A program made the position numbers and the translations under genes. Below the pieces are notes generated by a model that saw nothing but the letters and a program-made list of their open reading frames with translations, made no database searches and had not been told where the DNA came from. This document shows positions 47,832-56,663 of a DNA stretch of 64,000 bases, piece after piece. This DNA is from Desulfurococcales archaeon (GTDB lineage Archaea; Thermoproteota; Thermoprotei_A; Sulfolobales; WANQ01). The stretch covers positions 18,479 through 82,478 of the forward strand of contig JALVFK010000086.1 in the NCBI GenBank assembly GCA_027030065.1, written 5' to 3'. How positions within the stretch are numbered: position 1 is the first letter of the stretch; every line of letters starts with the position of its first letter.

Positions 47832-49988
47832 TTAACAAGCTTTTACGCTACTATTACTATAGTATATCTTGTTATTATGTAGCTTTAATGCGGATATGTT
47901 TTTAATATACTTTAATCTCGTTTCATTATATCTTATAATGTATGGTGTTCTATTTATATGAATTTTTTCTATTCTATTAGTTATTAATAAAAGATCTCCA
48001 TTATTGAAGGGGAGGTTGTCAACAACTATATATAGTTTGTTTTTATATAGTAAGGGAATTAATGATATAGTATTAGCTTCTACGGGTATTTTTGTTTCGT
48101 CAAGTACTATCATATCGTGTATATACTGGTAGTTTAAGCTTATATATAAGACGATACTCGTTTCTTTTCTTCTCGGATCTATTGTTATCGGCACTTGAAT
48201 TAGTTCATTAATACTCTTCACGTTTGTTGTATTAAAATGCTTACAACCATTAAAGAATCCCTTAATACATACGTGAACATCTCCAATAATATCGTCTTTA
48301 GTATAGTCACTTGATGTTATCATCAATGATAACGCTATTTCATCGTTTGTTTTATTTAATAATATTTCACTTATTGATAATTTCTGTAATGTGATATTGA
48401 TATTTTTTACAGAAATGGGTTCTTCATCTATTCTAACATTTTCAATTACCTTATTAGTATTATATGGTAATATAATTGTATTTATCCCCTTGCTTCTTCT
48501 CATAAGTTTTATTGATCCAATATTCTCGTTATTTACATATAAGTTCTTAATAATGTCTTTATTAAAGGGATTGATGTAGCTATATCTTAAGATTAAAAAA
48601 CGTTTAACGATTTCTCCCTTTAAGTGATAGTTAATGGTATAAGCTGATAATATCTCAAAATAATAACTAATGTCTTCTCGACTATGTTCTACTTTATATT
48701 CACCATAGTATAGTATATCAAATGTAACTGGTTCGTTTCCAACGATAACCAGGTCGAAGACATTCCTCTTTTTCTTTATTATCCTATTATCTCTTACAGC
48801 TATACTTGATACTACTATATTGTTATTAAATGCTAATCTCTTTTTTATTCTTAAATTCTCATCTATGCTTGTATCACTATATATCACTACATCATTAGGA
48901 TCTATTTGTTTTGAAACATCAACAATTCCTATATTCTTTTTATCAACTACAACAAGGCTTTCCTCTCCTAACTTAAGTACATCAAGGAGTTCTTTTGGTT
49001 TAAAATAATATTTCTCTGGCCCCCACACAAATACTTCATTTGAAGCACCTATAACAAGGTATTCTCCTACTATTGTAGCAGCAACTATTTTTTTCCCTAA
49101 CAGTTTTCTCGAACTTTCATGTAATCGCCAATTATTATTGCCAAGCTCAATTATACTATTTTTACATTTTAAGAGTGCTTTTCCTTTTAAAAAACCAACG
49201 AGTAAAGGTCTATTCTCGCATACGAGTATAACCTTGCTATTCTTCGTACCTTTATGATATATCCCATGGGTTTCAGTGTTCCAAAGAATTAAACCATTAC
49301 GTGTTTGTCCTAAAGGAATCATGTTTTTTGAATGTACTTTTTCTATAACTTGTAAACTCTTTCTGTCCACTACTAGTGTACCTTCATCGTACATAAGGGA
49401 TATAAAGTCATTCGTATCTGTCAACTTTAAACTATGAGTAATCCCCATATCGTATTGTCTTTTCTCATAGGTTGAGGTCTTCTCAATTACTACAGAGTTT
49501 TCTTCAAGATATGCTAATAGGAATCCATTTGCGTAAGGGATAACATCGATTAAGGGTTTCTCTATAATGGTGTATGAGTTGTCATTAAATCCAAGTACGA
49601 GACGATATCTTTTCCTTAAAATACTATTATCTTTTAGTATTGCAGCACCAATACGCTCATGCGGGTTAAAGACATATTTCACCATGCTTGTATTCTTTAA
49701 TACATCTATGGTTGTCTCTGAGTTGACTATGTGGAGATCCTTATTTTTCACATGTATTGTGAGTTCTGGTGCAAGTTGATAGTCACTAAGTTTAAGGGGT
49801 TCACCATTATGTACTTTAATTGACCCATTACCTCTTATCATAAATGTCTTGAGAACCATTCTATCATTGGTGATAGATAAGTAAATATCATCATTGTCGT
49901 CCCTATGTGTAACAAGTAATATTTTATCATATCCATCTTGAATATTGAGAGATTTGTAGCAGAGAGTTACTGGAATTCTAAGCTCCAC
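47832..49988 (-). CDS. large orphan protein, Asn/Ile/Lys-rich, beta-rich (718 aa)
   Basis: Uninterrupted 2.1-kb ORF. No signal peptide, TM helix or motif recognised. Much more AT-rich than its neighbours. Confidence 0.6.
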   Translation of the reverse strand: MELRIPVTLCYKSLNIQDGYDKILLVTHRDDNDDIYLSITNDRMVLKTFMIRGNGSIKVHNGEPLKLSDYQLAPELTIHVKNKDLHIVNSETTIDVLKNTSMVKYVFNPHERIGAAILKDNSILRKRYRLVLGFNDNSYTIIEKPLIDVIPYANGFLLAYLEENSVVIEKTSTYEKRQYDMGITHSLKLTDTNDFISLMYDEGTLVVDRKSLQVIEKVHSKNMIPLGQTRNGLILWNTETHGIYHKGTKNSKVILVCENRPLLVGFLKGKALLKCKNSIIELGNNNWRLHESSRKLLGKKIVAATIVGEYLVIGASNEVFVWGPEKYYFKPKELLDVLKLGEESLVVVDKKNIGIVDVSKQIDPNDVVIYSDTSIDENLRIKKRLAFNNNIVVSSIAVRDNRIIKKKRNVFDLVIVGNEPVTFDILYYGEYKVEHSREDISYYFEILSAYTINYHLKGEIVKRFLILRYSYINPFNKDIIKNLYVNNENIGSIKLMRRSKGINTIILPYNTNKVIENVRIDEEPISVKNINITLQKLSISEILLNKTNDEIALSLMITSSDYTKDDIIGDVHVCIKGFFNGCKHFNTTNVKSINELIQVPITIDPRRKETSIVLYISLNYQYIHDMIVLDETKIPVEANTISLIPLLYKNKLYIVVDNLPFNNGDLLLITNRIEKIHINRTPYIIRYNETRLKYIKNISALKLHNNKIYYSNSSVKAC

Positions 49989-50124
49989 TGCTCCCCCTAG
50001 TTCAGCGACATTTATAACATGTTATTGTTTTCCTATGAGGGGCTCAGGTCTTAAAGGATTCTTCATAGTTTCTGTGAGTACAGCCTTCATCATAGCCCTA
50101 GATTTAAATAACTTTCAAAAACCA

Positions 50125-50134
50125 CTATATAAAT
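50125..50134 (+). promoter_or_regulatory. TATA-box candidate for the RHH gene
   Basis: TATATAAATA lies 31-40 nt upstream of the TTG start at 50165, consistent with a leaderless transcript. Confidence 0.4.
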
Positions 50135-50164
50135 ATAGGGTAAAGGCTTTCAGGGTAATATGTC

Positions 50165-50992
50165 TTGGCACAAAAAGTAATAGCAATAAGAGTTTCCGAA
50201 GACGTATACAAGGAGATAGTGGAGAGAGCTAAAAGAGAGGGATATGAGTTAATCTCCGATTATATTCGGACCCTAATACTAAGAGAACTTGGAAGAACAC
50301 CACCGCCTCTCATAAAAGATCTTGATAGAAGACTAAGCAAGCTGGAAGAGGGTGAGCTTCCTCCAAAACTATATGATAGGATATGGAAACTCGTACTATC
50401 CGCTCTCGAAGAGCATGGGGTAAGTGGCCTAACAGCTGAGACAATTAAGCCCATATTAGAGGAGTGGTTAAAGTCACTACTAACTAGGATTGATAGGAGG
50501 GTACAGGATTTAGTAAATCCGTATACTGCTAGAATAGATGAGCTAATGAGAAAAATAGCAGAATTATACGAACGAATAGAGCAACTGGAAACAGAGTTAA
50601 AAGAAATTAAAAAGAAGATAAGCGAACAACGCCCATCGTATACTGCACGTAAGGCTGAGAGAAAAACCGGAATAGAAAGGCTAAGAGAACAAGGGGTAGT
50701 ATTTGAAAGCGAGCTTGGAAGACTAAGAAACCGCGATGCATTCTTCGATTACTTGTCAAGGCAAGGAGCCAAGATAATAAGTGTACGCGGAGAACGTGTT
50801 GCAATAGACCCCGAATTCTGGGAGAAGTTTAAGAGAAAAGTATTTGAAGAACTATCAACGAGCAATGAAGACGAAATAAAACTATTACTAACAAAACAAG
50901 AATACAAGCTCTTCATAAAATTAAAAGAATCGGGCCTAATATACTATGACTCAACGATAAGAAAGTGGAGATCTGTCGAACCATTAGATTAA
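50165..50992 (+). CDS. ribbon-helix-helix (CopG/Arc-like) protein with coiled coil and C-terminal domain
   Basis: 'KVIAIRVSEDVYKEIVERAKREGYELISDYIRTLILREL' RHH and the coiled coil 'IDELMRKIAELYERIEQLETELKEIKKKI'. Confidence 0.65.
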   Translation: MAQKVIAIRVSEDVYKEIVERAKREGYELISDYIRTLILRELGRTPPPLIKDLDRRLSKLEEGELPPKLYDRIWKLVLSALEEHGVSGLTAETIKPILEEWLKSLLTRIDRRVQDLVNPYTARIDELMRKIAELYERIEQLETELKEIKKKISEQRPSYTARKAERKTGIERLREQGVVFESELGRLRNRDAFFDYLSRQGAKIISVRGERVAIDPEFWEKFKRKVFEELSTSNEDEIKLLLTKQEYKLFIKLKESGLIYYDSTIRKWRSVEPLD

Positions 50993-51005
50993 CTAGACAC
51001 TATAG

Positions 51006-51063
51006 ATGATGAAGACCGCCTATACAGATAATAAAGAGGGATGAAGACTATTCTACGGTCTGA
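51006..51063 (+). ncRNA. C/D box sRNA
   Basis: ATGATGA-agaccgcctata(12)-CAGA-taataaagaggg-ATGAAGA-ctattctacggt(12)-CTGA, 58 nt, in a convergent intergenic gap. Confidence 0.55.
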
Positions 51064-51100
51064 TACAGCTGATGCTACCGTCATAGGATTGAAGGGTAGC

Positions 51101-51928
51101 TTAAATCTTAACTATCTCTAAACCTCTACTTGTTGCTAATTCCTCTATCATTTTACGCTCTCTTGATCTAACACCCTTCTTCTCGATTATAGCGGCTCTA
51201 CTTGGTGGAACAGATTTCTCAAAACCCTGTAAGATAACTCTTTCATTAGTTTCTTGCATAGCATGTTTAGAGAATATGTGTCCAAGACAGTACTCTGTCT
51301 CCAACATGACCCTAGTATGTTTCCGAGCATAATGTCCACCACCGAACCCAGTGGCAGGTATGCAGTCGGGTAAAGGAGTCATTACCGCGTCGGCTACAAC
51401 ACGTGCAATAAGCTTTCTTGCACGTTCATCAACCCACTCCTCCGGACTACTGCCAATCTCTATGAACACTAATGGTTTCTTCAAGCTAGTTGGACCGTGG
51501 TGGGTAACTTCCAGGGTAACATCGTATTCCTCACTAAGCTTTGTTTCATCAGCATATTTCTTAACCAGTGACAACAATTTTTTAGCCATAGGTGGAAAAG
51601 CAATTGAAAGTTCGAAAGGATTGCCTCCAGCTTCGGCTCTAGGACCCGGATTACCCGTATGGTGTACGGTTAAACTCTTTATCCTAGCACTACTCCTATG
51701 CCTAGACAAGACTATGTAAGCTTCGACATCAAATACTTCATCAAGGAAGTCAAAGTATAATACATCCTCATTGAAACCAGCTAGGAATATATCTTCGAAG
51801 ACAAATACCTTAGCACCATGCACAATACCGTGTTCTCTAAAATTTAGCAAGCCTCTAAGTTGCTCTGCAATACCAGTACCAGCTAAATCACGGTTAGAAT
51901 AAACCAGAGCATACCGTCCTCTATACAT
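51101..51928 (-). CDS. dtdA: D-aminoacyl-tRNA deacylase, archaeal type
   Basis: About 275 aa. 'ALVYSNRDLAGTGIAEQL' and 'TLEVTHHGPT' are typical of DtdA. Confidence 0.8.
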   Translation of the reverse strand: MYRGRYALVYSNRDLAGTGIAEQLRGLLNFREHGIVHGAKVFVFEDIFLAGFNEDVLYFDFLDEVFDVEAYIVLSRHRSSARIKSLTVHHTGNPGPRAEAGGNPFELSIAFPPMAKKLLSLVKKYADETKLSEEYDVTLEVTHHGPTSLKKPLVFIEIGSSPEEWVDERARKLIARVVADAVMTPLPDCIPATGFGGGHYARKHTRVMLETEYCLGHIFSKHAMQETNERVILQGFEKSVPPSRAAIIEKKGVRSRERKMIEELATSRGLEIVKI

Positions 51929-52004
51929 AAGCGATCCCCTAATACAAGACTACGGATTACTAAAGCTAAACAATTATAAGTTTTCCTAGAAAACACTAGA
52001 AACA

Positions 52005-52072
52005 GTGATGAATACTCGCCGCTACTATAATAAGAGCCTCAATGAGGCTGTGAAGACAGAACCCCCGGCTGA
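52005..52072 (+). ncRNA. C/D box-like sRNA with helix inserted between D' and C'
   Basis: GTGATGA ... aaGA-GCCTC-aat-GAGGC-tgt-GAAGA-cagaacccccgg(12)-CTGA. The GA / 3-nt bulge / GA around the internal helix mimics a kink-turn. No terminal stem. Confidence 0.4.
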
Positions 52073-52112
52073 GAAACCAGGTTCAAGTGGAAAGTCTGTC
52101 CAGTGTACTTGA

Positions 52113-53051
52113 TTAAGCTTTTAGCGCTGTGACCTTAAGTACCTCTCTTATTACTTCTCTTTTATCAACTCCTTCATATATTGCCTCCGGTTTAAGTATT
52201 ATTCGATGAGCTAGTACTGGGACTGCAAGCTTCTTTACATCATCGGGCAATACATAGTCTCTTCCATTAAGAAGTGCATATGCTTTAGAAGCCATGTATA
52301 AGTGTACAGATCCCCTCGGACTAGCACCGAGTCTAACCTTCTCATGTCTCCTCGTTGCATTAACTATATCAATGATATAAGATAAGACCTCCTCACTTAC
52401 CCTAACATTCCAGACGTTCTCCATAATCTCTAATACCTCATTACGAGAGATAACTGGCTTTATCTTAAACTCGTTTATAGTCTTCTGTTTCAACAATATC
52501 TCTTTTTCCTCAAAGGGTGAAGGATAATCTAAGAAAATCCTCATCATAAACCTATCAAGCTGTGCTTCGGGTAAAGGGAAAACACCCTCAGTTTCAACGG
52601 GATTCAACGTGGCTATAACAATAAAGGGTTGAGGTAGCTGTAATGTATTGCCTTCAATAGTCACTTGTTTCTCCTGCATTGCTTCTAGTAGTGCGCTCTG
52701 GGTTTTCGGGCTTGCACGATTAATCTCATCAACCAATAAAACATTAGTAAAGATGGGACCCCTTCTAAGAACAAATTCATTCCTCTTCTGATCATAAATA
52801 TATGTCCCTATAATATCATTTGGTAGTAGATCTGGTGTAAATTGTACCCTACTAAAATCCAAGCCGAGGACATAAGCAAAGGCTTTAGAGAGTAATGTTT
52901 TTGCAACACCTGGCACACCCTCAATTAAAACATGTCCTCCAGCCACTAAACTGGTGAGCAAGAGTAAGATCTCCTCTCTTCTCCCAACAACGATTCTTGA
53001 AATCTCCTCTACTACTCTCTCAGCTATACTCTTAGCCTTGAAGGGCTCCAA
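52113..53051 (-). CDS. MoxR-type AAA+ ATPase
   Basis: Walker A 'GVPGVAKT', '[23 protein letters not shown]' and '[22 protein letters not shown]'. Confidence 0.9.
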   Translation of the reverse strand: MEPFKAKSIAERVVEEISRIVVGRREEILLLLTSLVAGGHVLIEGVPGVAKTLLSKAFAYVLGLDFSRVQFTPDLLPNDIIGTYIYDQKRNEFVLRRGPIFTNVLLVDEINRASPKTQSALLEAMQEKQVTIEGNTLQLPQPFIVIATLNPVETEGVFPLPEAQLDRFMMRIFLDYPSPFEEKEILLKQKTINEFKIKPVISRNEVLEIMENVWNVRVSEEVLSYIIDIVNATRRHEKVRLGASPRGSVHLYMASKAYALLNGRDYVLPDDVKKLAVPVLAHRIILKPEAIYEGVDKREVIREVLKVTALKA

Positions 53052-53155
53052 TAGCTGGCACCAGTAATACTACTATAAGCTCATCGTACTACACTCTTAT
53101 AAAACTCTGCTAAACACTATATCCTGGCTATTAAGTGAAATAAGGGGTTGATGGT

Positions 53156-53968
53156 TTGGATAAACTAAACTTCATGATAAAGCCAGTAATAGGTGTAGTC
53201 CACCTCCCCCCTCTACCCGGCTCTCCTCTCTATAGAGGCTGGGAGACCGGTATAGACGAGATAATTGATAGAGCCGTCAGCGATGCAATGACGCTAGTTG
53301 AAGGAGGAGTTGACGCAATAATAGTAGAAAACTTCAACGATAAACCCTTTAAACCAAGAGTAAGAGAACCCGAAACAATAGCTGCAATGACAGCAGTTGT
53401 TAGGGAAGTAAAAAAGGAAACTGGAGCAATAGTCGGAGTAAATATACTCAGAAACTCCGGGCCAGAAGCATTAGCAGTAGCATACGCTGCAAAAGCATCA
53501 TTTATTAGAGTAAACGCCCTCGTATATCCAGCATATACACCATCTGGTACAATAGAGCCAGTAGCCCGTGAAATCGCTACTATGAAGAATAAGTTGAACG
53601 CAAATATACAAGTACTAGCAGACGTACATGTCAAACATGCTGTAAGCATACCCGGCCTAACGATTACTGAAGAAGCAGTAGAAGCAGCGGAAAGAGGTCT
53701 AGCAGACGCATTAATAGTCACGGGGCCACGTACGGGGGAAAGAGTTTACCCAAAGGATATACTACTGGCCAAGGAGGCTGGCTTACCCGTTCTAGTAGGG
53801 AGCGGTACAACACCAGATAATATAAAACTCTACTGGAAAATAGCAGATGGATTCATTGTTGGATCGTATTTCAAGGAAGGAGGGCGACCCGAGAACCCAG
53901 TTGTATTAGCAAGGGTCAAAGAGTTAATGGAGAAGGTTAACTTTCTTAGAAGAAAGGAGGGTATATAA
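53156..53968 (+). CDS. BtpA/SgcQ family TIM-barrel protein
   Basis: 'VIGVVHLPPLPGSP', 'DAIIVENF' and 'VGSGTTPDN'. Confidence 0.8.
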   Translation: MDKLNFMIKPVIGVVHLPPLPGSPLYRGWETGIDEIIDRAVSDAMTLVEGGVDAIIVENFNDKPFKPRVREPETIAAMTAVVREVKKETGAIVGVNILRNSGPEALAVAYAAKASFIRVNALVYPAYTPSGTIEPVAREIATMKNKLNANIQVLADVHVKHAVSIPGLTITEEAVEAAERGLADALIVTGPRTGERVYPKDILLAKEAGLPVLVGSGTTPDNIKLYWKIADGFIVGSYFKEGGRPENPVVLARVKELMEKVNFLRRKEGI

Positions 53969-53991
53969 AGCCGAGTAAAGAGATATAACAA

Positions 53992-54060
53992 GGGAGTCTC
54001 GGCCCCCAACGCCCCCGCGTCCCGGGGAGGGATGAAAGGGGCTTGCGCGTCGGGACTCTT
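53992..54060. other. 72% G+C stem-loop element (structured RNA candidate, class unknown)
   Basis: 50 of 69 nt are G/C by hand count. A 12-bp outer stem pairs GGGAGTCTCGGC (53992-54003) with GCGTCGGGACTCTT (the pairs use 54049-54060 and include G-U wobbles). Inner stems are GCCCC/GGGGC and CGTCCC/GGGATG. It lies between convergent genes. Confidence 0.45.
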
Positions 54061-54074
54061 ATTACATACTCTAT

Positions 54075-54692
54075 TTATTCGAAGATGTTGACTTGTACGA
54101 GCATTTGATTCTTAAAATAATATTCGAACTCACTGATAATCCTCCAAGCATTGGGAGACTTGGGATAGGGAGCCATAGCTATGTGATCGTTTATTACTAC
54201 TGGAGCGTACATAGTAGTATATTCTTCTATTACGTGAGAGAACTCTTCAAGCATATATGCGATATTCTTCCATTTCTCTCTAGGCTTCATGCAGACAATA
54301 ACTGGTTCATAATTTATCAACGAGCCAATGCACTCTATCATACTATTACGTGCCCACGCGTTTAGTGCGTCACTTGGAGTAGGTATAGGCAACGGTATGG
54401 GATGGGTATGGAATAATCCTTTACAAGTACGGCATCTCATATACGACAAGTATACTTTATCTCCTCTAATACCCATGAGATCAGATGAAACATATACTAG
54501 GCTATCATCTCCGATCAAGTAAGCATATTCTAACAATGACTTAGTATTCAAAATAGCTGCATTGACCAAGGGCTCTATATCTCCACTATCATATAATATC
54601 TTCTCCACTACACTGCTCTCAAACACTATAGGAGATCTACGAGCAACTGTATCAAGTATAGCGTCAACCATTAACTCTATACTAGGTGTCAA
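54075..54692 (-). CDS. JAMM/MPN-like protein, variant motif
   Basis: 'HTHPIPLPIPTPSD' is H-x-H-x7-T-x2-D, the JAMM spacing with Thr in place of Ser. Confidence 0.5.
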   Translation of the reverse strand: MTPSIELMVDAILDTVARRSPIVFESSVVEKILYDSGDIEPLVNAAILNTKSLLEYAYLIGDDSLVYVSSDLMGIRGDKVYLSYMRCRTCKGLFHTHPIPLPIPTPSDALNAWARNSMIECIGSLINYEPVIVCMKPREKWKNIAYMLEEFSHVIEEYTTMYAPVVINDHIAMAPYPKSPNAWRIISEFEYYFKNQMLVQVNIFE

Positions 54693-54926
54693 CTACTCCA
54701 TCCCCACTAGTCAAATAATAGATTATTAACCTTAGCGTAGCTGCGAGACTAGACACCACTCGTAGCCCCAGGCTAAAAACTCCTCTACAAAATCAGCATC
54801 AAATCAGATTACTAAAATACTAGATAAATAATAGTAAGCGATGAATGCTATATAGCAAAGCAATAAATATCTTTAATCCAAAAATCTACTGGCATCACTA
54901 GAGTAGAGCTACTATGGTGACAGGAT

Positions 54927-55436
54927 TTGAAAGACGTCACCGAGATTCTTGAGATGAAGCTCGGTGAGTTTGCTTCGAGGTATAGAGACGAGTTACCACG
55001 ATACATAGTGGTAGGCGAAGACGTTACGTTTAAGAACATTGTGAATGTGTTAAGTAAAAGCATAGACTATGGAGATAAAGGTGTTGAAGTAATAGTAGTA
55101 GTAGATAGACATCAAAAACCAATTGGTATAATAGAAGATCTAGAATTACTAGAAATACTATCTCCTCACAGAAGATGGACTCTTTCTATATTAAAACCGC
55201 CTATAAGGAAGAAAGCTAAAGACATAAGAGACATACTCAATATCCCTATAGGAAGAATAGCGAGAATGAACCATCCAGTATTAAGACATGATTCCACAAT
55301 AAAGGATGCCATAGATTTAATGGATTCACTTAAAACAAGATATGTAATAGTTACCGATGAAAAAGATAGACTCTATGCTGTATTAAGCTCACGTGTTATT
55401 CTAAGTAAAATATTTGAAAAATTAGTTAGGAGGTAG
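54927..55436 (+). CDS. CBS-domain pair protein
   Basis: Two CBS-like repeats ('VVVDRHQKPIGIIEDLELLEIL' and 'VIVTDEKDRLYAVLSSRVIL'). Confidence 0.7.
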   Translation: MKDVTEILEMKLGEFASRYRDELPRYIVVGEDVTFKNIVNVLSKSIDYGDKGVEVIVVVDRHQKPIGIIEDLELLEILSPHRRWTLSILKPPIRKKAKDIRDILNIPIGRIARMNHPVLRHDSTIKDAIDLMDSLKTRYVIVTDEKDRLYAVLSSRVILSKIFEKLVRR

Positions 55437-55443
55437 TAGGACA

Positions 55444-56622
55444 ATGTTTACAGAGTTCCTTATAGCGATAGCGGTAGCGTTGATTATAGCGAAAATATTA
55501 GAAGAAGTATTTGTAAGAATAGGTCTACCTCCAGTTATAGGAGATATAATAGCGGGCATTATAGTGGGTAAGTCTCTTCTCGGAATATTTGTTCCCGAAG
55601 AAGGAGGAGCTATAGACTATATCTCCTGGCTAGGAGTAGTACTGCTCTTATTCTATGCTGGTCTAGAAACCGATTACCGGCACTTCATGAGTGGTATAAA
55701 GAACTTCATAGTAGTATCAATACTAGACGTTTCCTTTGCATTCATTAATGGTTTCATTGTGGGCCTCATCCTTGGATACTCAATGGATAAGAGTATATTT
55801 CTCGGGACAATCCTCGTTGCAACTAGTGTGAGCTTAACGGTAAAGACTCTAATAGATATAGGAAAACTTGACACCAAGGAGGGTCTAACTATTCTAGGTG
55901 TAGCAGTCCTCGACGACATTCAAGGTCTAATAGTTCTTGTAGCAGCTCTAAGCGTAGTGGTATACGGAGTAGTAGACATTAAGGACATATTATTCATAGG
56001 AGTATCCGCCTTTCTCTTCTGGCTTGCATCAATAATAATAATAGGAAGACTTTCCTCAAGTCTTTTCAAAATATTCTCAAAGCTCCGGATAGAGAACTCT
56101 ATACCAATACTATCAATTATACTAGGACTAGTAGTCTCAGCTCTAGCTGGAGTCATAGGGCTCTCACCCATAGTTGGAGCATATGCGGCTGGACTAGCCT
56201 TAGCAAGATGTAGGAGATTCCAAGTGGTCTCGGAAAAAGTAAAGATACTCGTGGATCTCTTGGCAACACTCTTCTTTGTGGCAAGTTCTGCTAGAATAGC
56301 TATTGAGACAGCATTGAAACCGGAATACGTGTGGCTCTACGCCTTATTCATTGGGTTCGCATTACTGGGCAAGACTCTTGGCAATACTCTGGGTTCACGA
56401 ATAGTAGGATTACCGTGGAGGAAAGCTCTAATAGTAGGTGTCGGTATGTGGCCTAGAGCAGAAGTAGCATTAATATCAGCAACTATGGGTATGACCCACG
56501 GAGTTGTCGATACGCCAATATATTTTGCGACAGTAGTATTAATAATAGTAACATCGATAATAGTTCCACCAATGATAAAGTTACTATACAAGTTTGAGGA
56601 GACAAAAAGCCCTACTCAATAA
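55444..56622 (+). CDS. cation:proton antiporter (CPA2/Kef-NapA type)
   Basis: About 12 TM helices with 'LLLFYAGLETD' and 'AVLDDIQGL'. Confidence 0.85.
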   Translation: MFTEFLIAIAVALIIAKILEEVFVRIGLPPVIGDIIAGIIVGKSLLGIFVPEEGGAIDYISWLGVVLLLFYAGLETDYRHFMSGIKNFIVVSILDVSFAFINGFIVGLILGYSMDKSIFLGTILVATSVSLTVKTLIDIGKLDTKEGLTILGVAVLDDIQGLIVLVAALSVVVYGVVDIKDILFIGVSAFLFWLASIIIIGRLSSSLFKIFSKLRIENSIPILSIILGLVVSALAGVIGLSPIVGAYAAGLALARCRRFQVVSEKVKILVDLLATLFFVASSARIAIETALKPEYVWLYALFIGFALLGKTLGNTLGSRIVGLPWRKALIVGVGMWPRAEVALISATMGMTHGVVDTPIYFATVVLIIVTSIIVPPMIKLLYKFEETKSPTQ

Positions 56623-56663
56623 AACCCCTACAAGTAACTAATTTTTTCTTTCGGGCATAAGGA

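Noticed and set aside
52056-52096. RNase P RNA-like strings: ACAGAACCCCCGGCT (CR-V-like) and GGAAAGTC (CR-I-like)
   Set aside because: The order is reversed relative to RNase P RNA, where CR-I is 5' and CR-V is 3'. They are only about 20 nt apart in a 184-nt spacer that is half AT-rich, far too small for even a minimal archaeal RNase P RNA. The C/D box reading explains the first string better.
1239-54035. Recurrent 7-mer GGGATGA / TCATCCC in GC-rich intergenic islands (1239, 1272, 39179, 45767, 51038, 54029)
   Set aside because: The motif is suggestive of a K-turn or C-box variant. However, a 7-mer is expected several times by chance in 128 kb of two-strand sequence, and I did not count occurrences inside CDSs, so I cannot claim enrichment.
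53992-54066. H/ACA guide RNA interpretation of the 72% G+C hairpin
   Set aside because: The distance from the pocket to ACA is about 21 nt rather than 14-16, and no K-turn or K-loop with tandem G-A pairs can be drawn. It is kept as a structured RNA of unknown class rather than called H/ACA.
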